Source: Antedon mediterranea (taxonomy: Eukaryota; Animalia; Echinodermata). Taken from it: a DNA stretch of 64,000 nt. This document shows positions 12,379 through 25,230 of the stretch, piece by piece. A program made the position numbers and the translations under genes. Numbering within the stretch: the first letter of the stretch is position 1; each line of letters starts with the position of its first letter. The stretch spans positions 2,620,422-2,684,421 of the forward strand of contig NC_092678.1 of NCBI RefSeq assembly GCF_964355755.1, read 5' to 3'. Below the pieces are notes generated by a model, which did no database searches, was not told the origin of the DNA, and worked only from the letters and a program-made list of their open reading frames with translations.

Positions 12379-13574
12379 TGTTGTTGTTCTACGTTGGATT
12401 GCAGGCTTGTGTCAGTAATCCAGGTGAGGTATTCAGGGCCGTTGGATTGCAGGCTTGTGTCAGTAATCCAGATGAGGTATTCAGGGCCGTAGCCAGTCTG
12501 AAATGTTCAACTTTCACCACCCACCCCAATTTCCCAGCACAGATCGTCGTATTTTATAACAATAATTATATTTAAAGCATCTTTACCTCATATTAATATA
12601 GATCAATATTTAGAATGCATCTTTGCCTTATCTGTTTTATACTTCTCGCTACGGCCTTCTTATTTCTTTACTCCTGTTTATTTCTCAATAATTAAAATCT
12701 CCCCTCACCATTATTTCTTGCTTATCAACTTTCTGTAAGTCTATACATTTTGCATAATTGGTGTTTTATAAATTACTCCAGTTAATATTGTATTAGGCCT
12801 ACTGTTTTTGTTCTTTTTTGTAAGTGCATCACCTGTCTCAATATTGTGTAGCTTACACTGTACCGATTCTTGAAATTCAAAATCTTCTCTTTAAATCATT
12901 TCAAGGTGGGAACTGCATCTTACAGTTGTTTCTTTCATATCTGCTCTAAATACTTTGTCTTGGTATACGTCATTTAGGCCAAATTACTCTTGTCTCTTGA
13001 GAGAATTGAATGTCTCAAAACAAGATGCTAAAATATGGCTGCTAATCAATATTTATTTCTCAATAATTAAAATCACCATTATTTCTTGCTTACCAGCTTC
13101 TGGCTGCTAATCAATATTTAGGATCTGCAGTTACTGAAAATGCAATGTCAAAAAAAAAAAAAAATCGATAAGATATAAAATACCATCTGGTTTAAGAGAG
13201 TAGCCTAAGTTGATTATTAAGAAACCCCTATCTGGTTTAATGGAATAGCCTAAGTTAATTATCAAATAATAAGAAACCCCTATCTGGTTATGGAGTATAG
13301 CCTAAGTAATTTACTTATACAAACAAATAACAAAATCATCTGTGGGTTAATTTTCCGCTCATTTACTTTCAGTTTCCGTAGGCCAAATTTTGTGCATCTT
13401 TTTTTAATTATTTTTATTATTATTGTTTGTTATAATTTATTTACATTATTTTTATTTATTTATATTAATTTTTTTATTTATTTTTTTATATTTAATTTAA
13501 TATTTATTTTATTTTATTTAATATTTTTTTTATTTATTGTTTTATTTTTATTTATAAATTTCATTTATTATTAT

Positions 13575-14455
13575 TTATTGGTGAATATTGGTAGCTGACG
13601 ACTTTCTTCCCATTTAACATCTGATCTTGTTCGTACACATACCCACTGATGATTCGAATGGATTGAATGCCCGGCTATCTGTGTCCTGCTAGCCCCACTC
13701 TGTGCCTCTTCATGCCGTTGCCTGAACTTTTTCTTTCTCTTCATTGCTTTTTATTTTTCTTCCTTTTATCTTCTTTACTTCTTTTATTTTACTTCCTGTG
13801 GCCACCATGCTTTGTATTTACTACTGTTTATATCATGGACAGAGATAAAACACTCTCTGTAATCAATGCAGACAAGATAATGCCGTGTCTGCATCAAGTA
13901 TATCATGGACAGAGATAAAACACTCTCTGTAATCAATGCAGACAAGATAATGCCTTGTCTGCATCAAGTATATCATGGACAGATAAAACACTCTCTGTAA
14001 TCAATGCAGACAAGATAATGCCATGTCTGCATCAAGTATATCATGGACAGAGATAAAACACTCTCTGTAATCAATGCAGACAAGATAATGCCAAGACAAC
14101 ATGTCATTCAAATCTACTTTTTTCTGGTTCTCATGGGAAAAAAAATAAAATGCAAAAAAAAAATACAAAAAATAAAATACAAAAAAATTATTTTGAAAAA
14201 TATTTCTGTAAAAATGTTTCTGAAGTCAAAGATATCTGGTATCTAACCTGGCCACAGGCATGTTTTTCTTTTTTATCTTTTTGTTTAATTTCTATTTTTG
14301 TCATTCTTCTGTTTATTTTCATTGCTTTTTTATTCCTTGTGTTATTATTTTACTTTCTTGTTGTGTATATGATTTGGGCATAGTTTTGTAGTGTAGATTA
14401 TTGGGTGCATTTCGACCTAGGATGAAACCATTCCTATCCGCGCATCTCAGGCCGT
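13575..14455 (-). pseudogene. Highly eroded paralog of the orphan Arg/Pro-rich gene (copy B about 50500-51240)
   Basis: Minus strand ggtttcatcctaggtcgaaatgca (about 14406-14429) vs ggtttcatccttatggccgaactgca (RFHPYGRTA); gtgtacgaacaagatc...gggaagaaagtcgtcagctaccaatattcacca (about 13580-13637) vs the gene end gtgtacagaactcgatcgggaagaataagtcgg...tattcacca; same order and similar span. Confidence 0.55.
13829..14095. repeat. 70-bp tandem repeat x4, each unit with two stem-loops (x2 in copy B)
   Basis: tatcatggac at 13831, 13901, 13971 and 14039; stems acagaga/tctctgt and atgcagaca/tgtctgcat. Confidence 0.9.
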
Positions 14456-14639
14456 AAAAAAAAAAAAAAAATAAAAAAAAAATTAAAAAAATAAAATACA
14501 AAAAAATTGGTATTTTCAACTTTTCACAGTTTCTGTGCAGTTTAAAAAAAAAAAATACAAAAAAAATACAAAAAATAAAATACAAAAAAATTGTTTTGAA
14601 AAAGATTTCTGAAAGTTTTTGAAGTTACTAAAAAGTTTG

Positions 14640-17600
14640 TGTGTTAAAAAAATGGATGGCAAAAGAGAAGTTTATCTGCCAAACTTTCTCAAAAGTACCA
14701 AAGTTATTTGAAATAAGACAAGGAGTTAAAGGATGTGGATATTGAAAAACTCCTTGTGAAGTAAAAATCCTCATGTGGTGTTATGGCAGAGTCCAGGTTA
14801 GTTCAAACATCTATTTTGTAGACAAACAAGTATTTAGTCTATATTGCTTTGTATAATAATACAATAGACCTACAAATGATTTTTAAAGCAGTTGCTGATG
14901 TCTATTTACAGGACAATACAGGACACAAGACATTTCTGGAACAGCAGACATCAAACTGTCCAGTATTAACATAGTTGAATAATAATATTAGTAATATTTT
15001 TTTCTTGGTGTTTTAGAAGGTCAATCCTGGACATTCTGAAATCTATCGATGAACTGGAAACCAAGCAGCAGATAATGCCTTTCAATGTGGAACATTGAGG
15101 ATAATGTTGCTATGATTTTTCAGACATCAAATATTGCAGAGGTATTGTAAACATTTTGTTGTTGTCATCATAAGATAATGAAATGATGAAAATGTTGCTT
15201 AAAAAAATAAACTTTACTTTTCGTTAATTGTTAATAATAAGTATGATTGGTGAATACAGCTACTGGATTATTATCATTGTTGTTGCTATCGAGTAATAAG
15301 TTAAGCATTACTTTAGTATTATTTTTGATTACAGAGTGAATTCCAGCAATACCATCAACAACTGCATCAAGCTATCTCTATAGCACGAAGTACAGTGGTA
15401 ACTGCCCAAGACAAATCGGTGTAAATGGGTTGATGGGATTCATTCAAACAAAAGCTATTAGTGATAAACACACTTATCAGGAATTTATTTACTGTGTGAA
15501 CGAGGTTGGAGTGGATATAAACTAACACACAGTCATTGATGCAGTTTGTGTGTGGACTGGACCCAAGAAAAGCAGGAGCAATTATTAAAGTATGCCTACC
15601 TAATGCAGAATGCATTTCTCTATAAAATAATTTGTTGAATTATATCTACTCCTACCCTATTATGCTAAATATGATTTTATATTTATTTTATTTATAGTTT
15701 TAATTTACAGACATTGAAATAAGAACACCAAAGGCTTGAGAACCAGAAACTGCCTGTGACAACTTGCAGTTTGGGTCCCAAAGTATTTATGAATCGTGCT
15801 GGTTTTATCAAGATTGATACAGCAAAGATAGGTGAAAGGTAAACATTCAACATAGTTACTTTTATATCAGTTAATCAGGAGATGTGCTTGACCATACACA
15901 TGTACACCCAAAACATTTGTAAGATGGCAGTGGATGATTTTGAGTATTACAGTCAGCTGTGGACGCTAGTCCTGCAGATGCTTTGAATGAGATTCTTGAG
16001 AAGCTACAGTTGTAGTCTAGCCTTTGTAGCACTTAGAGTACATGGATAGAAACTTGACTACTATCAAGTTATTCTTTCTACCATTTTATATGAATATGTC
16101 ATAAATATTTCGTTTTTTTTGTTTACTAGTACTATGGAAACAAAACAATTACTTTGTACGATATCCGTGCAGAATTAACCAATCGATGCAAGGATTTGAG
16201 ATCTTTATTCCAAATAGGGACCCCTGAAGAGCGATTCCAGATGTTGACGAAAGAAACACTGGCTAATTTTATATTGGTAAGCTACAGTGAAAAATGTGTT
16301 GTTAATCATCCTCTATTTACCAGGAAACTGAAGAAATTTGAATAAAGAATTTAATTTTATTATTGCAGGAAAATTGGTGGTAGGGCAAGTAAAACAAATT
16401 GTTCGTCGACTATAGAGTGAATTCCGGCAAAACACTCTCCGACTGTGTCAAGCTATCTCCATAGAACGAAATCTGTGTCAATGTGCGTCTTGATAATGGG
16501 TTCATGGGATTCATTCCAACAAAAGCAATTTGTGATAAACACAATTTATTTACTGTGTGAACGAGGTTGGAGTGGATATATTGATGCAGTTTGTGTGCGG
16601 ACTGGGCCGAAGAAAAGCAGACATAATTATTAAGGTATGCCTACCTTACGACGTAAGAAAACCAAAGGCTTGATAACCGGAGACAGCTTGAGATGCATTT
16701 AAGATAATGATTTTAATATTACAATGTTTTAAATTGCAGAATTGCATGATGAAACAAAATGTAGTTGTAGAAGATGTCACAGCTACCTACTAGAAATTGT
16801 CCAACCAGTTGTGATGAAGATAAAGCCTTCAATGCTGAAATGCAAGTGTTCTTTGATGGTTACGTACACAACATAACTACGTTCAAGTATGTAATGGATC
16901 CAATATATTTCACATGTCGAGTCCGAGTATTATTATTATGATGTCAATGATGGAACTTTGGTTTTCAGGTACATTTTGAAAGCTTTTTTTAGTCTTGCAT
17001 ATTTTTATTTTTTGACAAAGTAGGTAATGGTCCAATGAATAGTGTCAAGTAGTATTCCCCAACCAGACTTGGAAAGTCATAATAAAAATATAATTATAAT
17101 AATTATTTAAGCATGACAAAGCAGCTTCCAGGGGGCGGATCCAGGAGAGTGGCACTTGCTGATATTAATATGTTAGTGCTCCCCCGTTTAATAATATTTT
17201 TAATTTGTGTTTTATCTTTTAGGAGCACAACCTGAAACTTGCACAAAATGTTGAAAATGATGTTGAGTTTGAAGGTAAAAGTTGTGATGATGTGACATTG
17301 ATGGTGGTAACTGCCCAAGACAAGAAATCTGTGTCAATGTGCGTCTTGATAATGGGTTGATGGGATTCATTCCAACAAAAGCAATTAGTGATAAACACAA
17401 TTTATTTACCATGTGAACGAGGTTGGAGTGGATATAAACCATACTGTTTAGCATCCTCACACAGTCATTGATGCAGTTTGTGTGCGGACTGGGCCCAAGA
17501 AAAGCAGGTGCAATTATTAAGGTATGCCTACCTAATGCATAATGCATGTATTCTCTGTAAATTAATTTGTTGAATTATATCTACTCCTACCCTATTAAGC

Positions 17601-20600
17601 TAAATATGATTTTATATTTATTTTATTTACTGTTTTATTTTGACAGACATTGAAACAAGAAAACCAAAGGCTTGAGAACCGGATTCAGCTTGGCCAAGTA
17701 ATAAAAATTGCTTGTTGACGTCCATGTGGTTAGGAACTTGATAATGCCAACCCAGTGCGTAAAGATGATACTGGTCTGTGTCCATTCTTTTTACAGGACG
17801 ACTTTCCTGAACTAAGTGAGGTACTTAAGATACAATATTGAACAAATATTTGTGTATTTACTTATTTTGCTTTACTTTATTTACATAATAAAGTCAAGTA
17901 GTATTCCCTAACCACACTTAGAAATTCATAATAAAAAAAAAATTAATTATTTAAGCATGACAAAGCAGCTTTGTTGTATTATGTTTCCAGGGGGCGGATC
18001 CAGGAGAGTGGCACTTGGGTTGCATGCTCTCACTTTTGACGGCTAAAATGTCATTATGAACTATTTTTGATATTAATATGTTTAGTGCTCCCCCGTTTAA
18101 TAATATTTAATATTTTTATTGTGTTTTATCTTTTAGGAGGCACAACCTGAAACTTGCAAAAAAATGTTGAAAATGATGTTGAGGTTGAAGGTAAAAGTTG
18201 TGATGATGTGACATTGATGGTGGTAACTGCCCAAGACAAGAAATCTGTGTCAATGTGCATCTTGATAATGGGTTGATCCTCACACACAGTCATTGATACA
18301 GTTTGTGTGCGGACTGGGCCCAAGAAAAGCAGGTGCAATTATTAAGGTATGCCTATACCTAATGCATAATGCATGTATTCTCTATAAAATAATTTTCCCT
18401 CACCATTTTACTAAATCAACTTCTATTGCTATTTTTAAAAAAATAACTTAAAATGCATCTTTTTAACATCCCATATAAGCGCCTTTGATTTTTACTTTGG
18501 TTTAGTTGATTCTGCCGCTTTACAAATACCTAAATTATTATTAAATTATTATTATATCTACTCCTACCCTATTATGCTAAATATGATTTTATATTTATTT
18601 TATTTACTGTTTTAATTTGACAGACATTGAAACAAGAAAACCTAAGGCTTGAACCGGATTCAGCTTGGCCAAGTAATACAAATTGCTTGTTAACGTCCAT
18701 GTGGTTAGGAACTTGATAATGCCAACCCAGTGCGTAAAGATGATACTGGTCTGTGTCCATTCTGTTTACAGGATGATTTCCTGAACTAAGTGAGGTACTT
18801 AAGATATTACAATATTGAACAAATATTTGTGCAAAGTATCGACATAAATCATTATTGTAGTATGAGAGGAAAAAATATGGTCTATCAGTCATCTTCATCT
18901 TGGATACTAATCTTACCTTGCTATTGTGCAGTGTCCATGTAATATGTGTGTTTTTCTTTATCATGTTTCTAATTTTATTCATTTGATTTTGTTCAGGTTT
19001 TGAGTCATTTTGACGGTGGTGACTGCCCAGGTCAACCAATCGGTGTCAAGTGCGTCTTGATAATGGCTTGGAGGGTTTTATTCCAACAAAATCAATTAGT
19101 GATAAAGATGTTATAAACCCAGAAGGTAGGTTTAACGAAATTACCATTTGTCTTTTAATTAGTATTTAAAGGACAACTTGACCGAGGACCATATTTTAAC
19201 AACGTATTAGGGATGTACATATGATTTCAGAACAATTGCGCTCGCCGTCAATTGCTGTGACGTCAATGATGCATCACAATATCTACTTAATGAGTTTTCA
19301 CTGTTGTTAACATACAAGAGATAGTATTGCCATACAATCTTTGGTGTGCAAAATCCGGAGCAAGTATGCATTAGGTGCATGCTTAGTTAAAAAATAATTA
19401 CCAACCTAAGAGATGCATTTAAGATAATGATTGTAATATTACAATTTTTTAAATTTCAGAATTGCATGATAGAACAAAATGTAGTTTGTAAGACGCCACA
19501 GCTACAGTACCTACTAGAAATTGTCCAACCAGTAAATTAGTGACCCACTATTTTTGTGATGAAGATGAAGCCTTGCAATGCAAGTGTTCGTTGATGGTTA
19601 CGTATACAACATAACTATGTTCAAGTACGTAACGGATCCAATATATTTCACATTTGATGTCAAGTCCGAGTATTATGATGACGTCAATGATGAAACTTTT
19701 ATCAATTCTACTGAGTTTACAGGTTTTACAGGTACATTTTGAAAACCTTTTTTCAGCCTTACATATTTTATTTTTGACAAAGTAGGTACTGGTCCAATGA
19801 AGGTGATCAAGTAGTATTCCCCAACCAGACTTAGAAATTCATAATAAAAATATAATTATAATTATTTAAGCATGACAAAGCAGCTTTGTTGTATTATGTT
19901 TCCAGGGGGCGGATCCAGGAGAGTGACCCTTGGGTGGCATGCTCCCACTTTTGACGGCTAAAATGTCATTATGAACTACTTTTTGATATTAATATGTTTA
20001 GTGCTCCCCCGTTTAATAATACTTAATTTTTTTATTGTGTTTTATCTTTTAGGGGGCACAACCTGAAACTTGCAAAAAAATGTTGAAAATGATGTTGAGG
20101 TTGAAGGTAAAAGTTGTGATAATGTGACATTGATGGTGGTAACTGCCCAAGACAAGAAATCTGTGTCAATGTGCATCTTGATAATGGGTTGATGGGATTC
20201 ATTCCAAAAAAGCAATTAGTGATGAACAAAATTTATTTACCGTGTGAACGAGTTTGGAGTGGATTTAAACCGTACTGTTGAGCATCCCCACACACAGTCA
20301 TTGATGCAGTTTGTGTGCGAACTGGGCCCAAGAAAAGCAGGCGCAATTATTAACGTATGCCTACCTAATGCATAATGCATGTATTCTCTATAAAATAATT
20401 TTCCCTCCCCATTTTACTAAATCAACTTCTATTGCTATTTAAAAAAAAAGAACTTAAAATGCATCTTTTTAACAACCAATATAAGCACATTTGATTTTTA
20501 CTTCAGTTTAGATGAATCTGGTGCAAATACAAATACCTAAATTATTATTATTATATCTACTCCTACCCTATTATGCTAAATATGATTTTATATTTATTTT

Positions 20601-21110
20601 ATTTACTGTTTTAATTTGACAGACATTGAAACAAGAAAACCAAAGGCTTGAGAACTGGATTCAGCTTGGCCAAGTAATACAAATTGCTCGTCGATGTCCA
20701 CATGGTGGGGAACTTGATAATGCCAACCCAGTGCGTAAAGATGATACTGGTCTGTGTCCATTCTGTTTACAGGACGACTTTCCTGAACTAAGTGAGGTAC
20801 TTAAAATATTACAATATTGAACAAATATTTGTGCAAAGTATCTACATAAATTATTATTAGACTTGGAAAGTCATAATAAATTATAATTATTTAAGCAAAG
20901 CAGCTTCCAGGGGGCGGATCCAAGAGAGTGTCTCTTGTGTGGCATGCTCCCACATTTGACGGCTAAAATGACATTATGAACTACTTTTTGATATTAATAT
21001 GTTTAGTTCTCTCTAATATTTTAATTTGTGTTTTATCTTTAGGGGCACAACCTGAAACTTGCAAAAAATTTTGAAAATGATGTTGAGGTTGAAGGTCAAA
21101 GTTTTGATGG
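14640..21110 (+). pseudogene. SUPT6H: Unprocessed, rearranged and internally amplified fragments of transcription elongation factor SPT6 (YqgF, HhH and S1 regions)
   Basis: Translations: PHVV..AESR; IDELETKQQIMPFNVE; SEFQQYHQQLHQAISIAR; [14 protein letters not shown]; QFVCGLGPRKAG; [18 protein letters not shown]; KMAVD; YGNKTITLYDIRAEL...MLTKET; [18 protein letters not shown]; SHFDGGDCPGQPIGVK/VRLDNGLEGFIPTKSISDK. All match remembered metazoan SPT6; flanked by ag/gt splice sites; many stops and frameshifts. Confidence 0.9.
16740..16968 (+). pseudogene. Isolated exon resembling an IPT/TIG domain of a plexin/MET-type receptor (second copy about 19460-19731)
   Basis: cag|NCMIEQNVVCKTPQL...EMQVFFDGYVHNITTFKYV(M/T)DPIYFTF...cag|gtac; the C..TP, FDG and F.Y..DP pattern resembles plexin/MET IPT repeats. 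Confidence 0.5.
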
Positions 21111-21949
21111 GACACTGACTGATACAATGCTGTACAACTGCACTAGTAGAGTGTGCTCATTTTTTTCAAATTCTACAAATTTATGTCAAGGCAGATGAGG
21201 CAGTTAGCTTGTCTGGAGTTTTGAATTTTCACACAGCTTGTGTAATTTATATTACTAAATATATTTAAAACATCTTTGCTTAATTTATTTTTTACCTCTC
21301 GCTGTGGCCCTGTATATAGAACATACACTAGATAATCGTTTTTGTTATACTTGATCTTGGATAAGTCTGTTTTAAAACTACCGAAATTTGGATTGCTACA
21401 AACACAATTAATATATTTTTTCATTTTTACCTGGTATTGTTTCAAATTAAATCACTAGCCGATATTACCATATGAAATAAAAAAAAAAAAGATATAACTG
21501 TAAAAGGTAATTAAAAAGTATTGGGTTTATATAATACGGCTCTTGCCGATTTAATAAAATATAAAAGATACAATTACAGAAACGGAGAATTAATTTTAAC
21601 ATCAACTTTAGTGAATGTTGATGTTGTCCCTATTAATGCTTTCATTATATATAAATTAATTAATTAATTAAATATAAATAATACCACAATCATTTCCTGC
21701 TGCACATCATTTCCTTTTTCGGTCAAAAAAAAAAAATCTGTCAAAATTTCAGGGAAAATTATTACATGTACATTTAACCCATTATCTTCTTTGATAACTT
21801 GGCTTTAGTGGCCTACTCCTCATTACAGGCAGCTGATTGGCTGGAAAGGCAATGCAAGCAAAAAGATGTTTCTTTTCTGTCAGAATCTGCTTGGCCTCAA
21901 TTTTGGATTTCTGACATTTTTCAGAGTGCTTCTTTATCTTTGCTTTCTA

Positions 21950-23330
21950 AACTAACTTATCTTTGCTAACTAAACAAACGGCTAAATTCATGAAGTCAAA
22001 ACCTTCAAAATGTTAACAAAGGACATCCATATCATCGCATCTGGTTTTTGCTGTGCATAAGTGACCACATTACTGATAGTATCAACTTCATATTTACTAT
22101 GGCTCACCTCCACAAAAGAGAGTAAGCTTCCTGTGACATACTTTAATCCAACCATGAAGGTACTTTTTTATTGCTCCTATGGCTATAAGCCTGCAACTAT
22201 TGTCTATCAAAGTCTCAAATACATATCCCTTTTCAGCGCCTTCTACTAAACTTAGCATTTTCTTAATGGCATCAGAAGTTGAACTTTTATACGTTTCTTG
22301 TTCACGGCTTATTTGGATCCTATAGTACAACATCTCTATACCCTGCATGTACTTAGCAACATTTGTTTCCATCATGAATGTAAAATTCATAATCCCTGTC
22401 CATCAGGTGGTTTTCTTTGGCCCGTACCTCGTAAGTTAAAGTCAACTTTTACCATGTCCTTTATATCATTCAATGATGCTATTTTGGCTATTTGACTAAT
22501 TAATTCAGGATCATATCGTGTGAATCCATCTCCTCCTTTGGGAGAAATGTGGAAATGATTAACCTGATTTGTTCCCCCATGGTTGAGGCCATAATCAGAT
22601 CGGGATCATAGTTCTGGAACAATGATTCCCATGTTGGATTATTTGGCGTTTCAAAATTTAACAAGTGTCCATATACCATTGTAAACGTTAATGCATCATC
22701 AGGTTATTGTATTTGTGAAAGATCGAACTTGTAAGAGGCAATTCCTATGTTTTGAAAGTAGCATGTTCTGATTTGCAAAAGTCCGTCACCTCTGGTGGAA
22801 AGAGTTCTGAGGTGAATAGTACCACAGAAGATTTATGATTTAAAAAAATTGTATTTCCTGTTTTTCTGCATTATCTATCCTACAACATACTGACGTCCAA
22901 AGCTTTTGTAATATAACCCTTTCTCTTTACCTCTTCCCATAATTGCTGATCACTTAAGTTACATGGTGACCCAGCATCTATTTTACACTTTGCCTTCTTC
23001 TCCTTTTGCGAAATGTCCTTGTTTCCCACATTTCATTCATTCATTTTTTCTAACAGTAGCTTGTTCAGGTGATCAGCAGTGCATTCTTGAATCAATAGAT
23101 CTCTCAATGGGTTCTGTCTTTCCATTTAGCAGTAAACAATGCCACAGTCTCTGTTGGACCATTTTATGAAATTTATGATTTTCATATGGTTTTCATTTTC
23201 TGTGTAAAATAGTTTTGTGATTGCCCTTTCATACTCATTTTGTTGTTTAGCCTGATCATCTCCATCTGTAAAGTTGATTTGTTGCAATCTCACCCCTTTG
23301 GCATGCAATAATACTGCTTCTTTTGGCGCA
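21950..23330 (-). mobile_element. Heavily deleted Ty3/Gypsy gag-pol relic
   Basis: In order on the minus strand: zinc knuckle remnant *MKCGKQGHFAK (about 23005-23040), protease IDAGSPCNLSDQQLWEEVKRKG, RT remnant KFDLSQ..LTFTMVYG, RNase H remnants IAIGAI and YAQ..C*HFEGFDF. Confidence 0.75.
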
Positions 23331-24176
23331 TTATCTGCTATTCACTTGGTCCCAATTAAATACATTACCGCCACTGTGTAGATTGTGTTGTCGGCTCCGT
23401 GTCCAAGTTTAGCCTAGGTAGGTCTATGTCCTCGGTAAACGTAAACATTTCCTATGTATAAAATAAAACTGCTTATCCTGTATTATTTGCTTATCCTCGC
23501 CTTTAGGCACACTTATTCTACTGTGCACATTTTTTGTCAAGAATGGAATTATACAATTTCCGAGTGTAATTCTTTCAAATTTTTAATTTTTCTTGTGAAT
23601 AAATAAAGTTTACATATATAGTTCAAACTATATCACCGAGATTTGGGAGCTTCTTCTGTCCCATTGGCCCCTTAAAGGTTCATAGTAATAATAGTAATAT
23701 ATACAAGCAAATTTATTTTTTCCGCCACATTCTATTCTGTAATCAACCAATAAATTGAAGGCATGAACCTGCCAACACCAGGCTACAGTAAGTTAAGCCT
23801 TTTTAAAGTTTATCAACACCATAGTAATAACAACAACAAAAAGGTAGTAAATTTAGAGATTGTAAAACTTAGAAAATAAAATTGTTTGTTTTTGTTTAAA
23901 TGAGGCCGTTAAATTTCTGTAAAATAACTGTATTTTGTTGGAATGTAGAAAATTATTGATAAATTGAATGAATTATTGCTGATAAGGGTTGATTATAATG
24001 ATGGTAAAAGAATGGAGGTCTCCAAATGTGAGGCACAATAAACTTTGTCTACTTTATCTATCTAAAAAAGATACAGTATATTTGAATGGATATCACACTA
24101 TTATTGATATTGAAACTAGGTTGTTGGAACTAAACTGTTGTATATATAATAAATAATATGAAAAGTAGTGTTTTAG

Positions 24177-24181
<5 letters not shown>

Positions 24182-24214
<33 letters not shown>
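24182..24214. repeat. (TA)n microsatellite (longer in copy B, about 60899-60942)
   Basis: Direct reading. Confidence 0.95.
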
Positions 24215-24218
<4 letters not shown>

Positions 24219-24934
24219 GTATGAGATGTGTAGAAACTCATCTTGTAAAATACATTCCAACAGAAGTTTTATTACAGAATGAATCATATGGTACGCCAAA
24301 GGTGCAGCATTAAACATGCATTCCCCCTTACTGTTTTATGAATAGTAAATGTAATTAGAGTTATGCAATCGTTCATAATTATGTTTCATATAAAGTTTCT
24401 TGTAGTTATCTTTCAATGCAAATAATAAAGTTCAAATTAAATGAATGGCTTAATGGCCAAATTTAAATGTTTGCAAAAATGTCTGCTCGGCCATTTGTTC
24501 TGGGGTGCTGTAGTAGATCTCGTTGGATAATGTGTGGCCATTAAACATTGAGTTCATGAACGACCTTGCAAAATCTATATAATTGAAGTACCATGTATAA
24601 TCAAATAAATACACCCTAGATATAAACAAAAAATATAACATTTATTCAAAAGTAGGGCGTTTATTCAAACAATTTTTAAAATAATTTTGATATTGAAAAT
24701 GTGTGTAGTTGGTCGCTTTCTCGTCGATGCTTTTATTGTAGAACGTAATTTATTTATTTTTCTCTGTTCTGGGTTGACCAACTAGCATAGGTGTTTAGCA
24801 CCTGTTTGGTCTTTCTGTGCCTCCTTTTATAATTGTTTTTGTCTTCTTATGTTTATGGCAGAAAGTGAATAAATAAAATAAATAAAAAATAAAAAAAAAA
24901 TAATTACGGTAGGGCCTAATCTGACAAATAAAAT

Positions 24935-25200
24935 ACTTGCAACCAATCAAAAATGCGAACGCGAATCCACGGTTACAACCAATCAGAAACGCAAACTCAA
25001 TCCACGGCTACAACCAATCAGAAACGACTCTGCTCTTGAGGCTAAAAATTTTACCAAATTGGACTCTCTCAATTCCCCGTTCTCTAGCCAGCCGGCCGGC
25101 CATGTGTGTGTGGAGCAGTGCAAATGTAAATTTGACTAGAGCCCTCTATAGTTTTATAAGCTTAGCAACAATATTTTCAACTGTAAACAGTCGACATTAA
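24935..25200 (+). promoter_or_regulatory. EFCAB10 promoter: three CCAAT boxes, X-box-like tagcaac half-site, forkhead tgtaaaca
   Basis: caaccaatca x3 at about 36-bp spacing (about 24940, 24976, 25011); ttagcaac about 25161; tgtaaaca about 25182; consistent with RFX/FOXJ1 control of ciliary genes (inference). Confidence 0.55.
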
Positions 25201-25230
25201 AAACCCTATTTTTCACCTTTCACAAGTAAA

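Noticed and set aside
13829-14095. Hammerhead ribozyme repeats
   Set aside because: No CUGANGA and GAAA core in the needed arrangement on either strand
13290-14585. Hydrophobic F/I/L-rich ORFs as membrane proteins
   Set aside because: Artefacts of T-rich and A-rich low-complexity sequence
14640-21110. Functional SPT6 gene
   Set aside because: Many stops, frameshifts and non-colinear exon junctions; N- and C-terminal domains not seen
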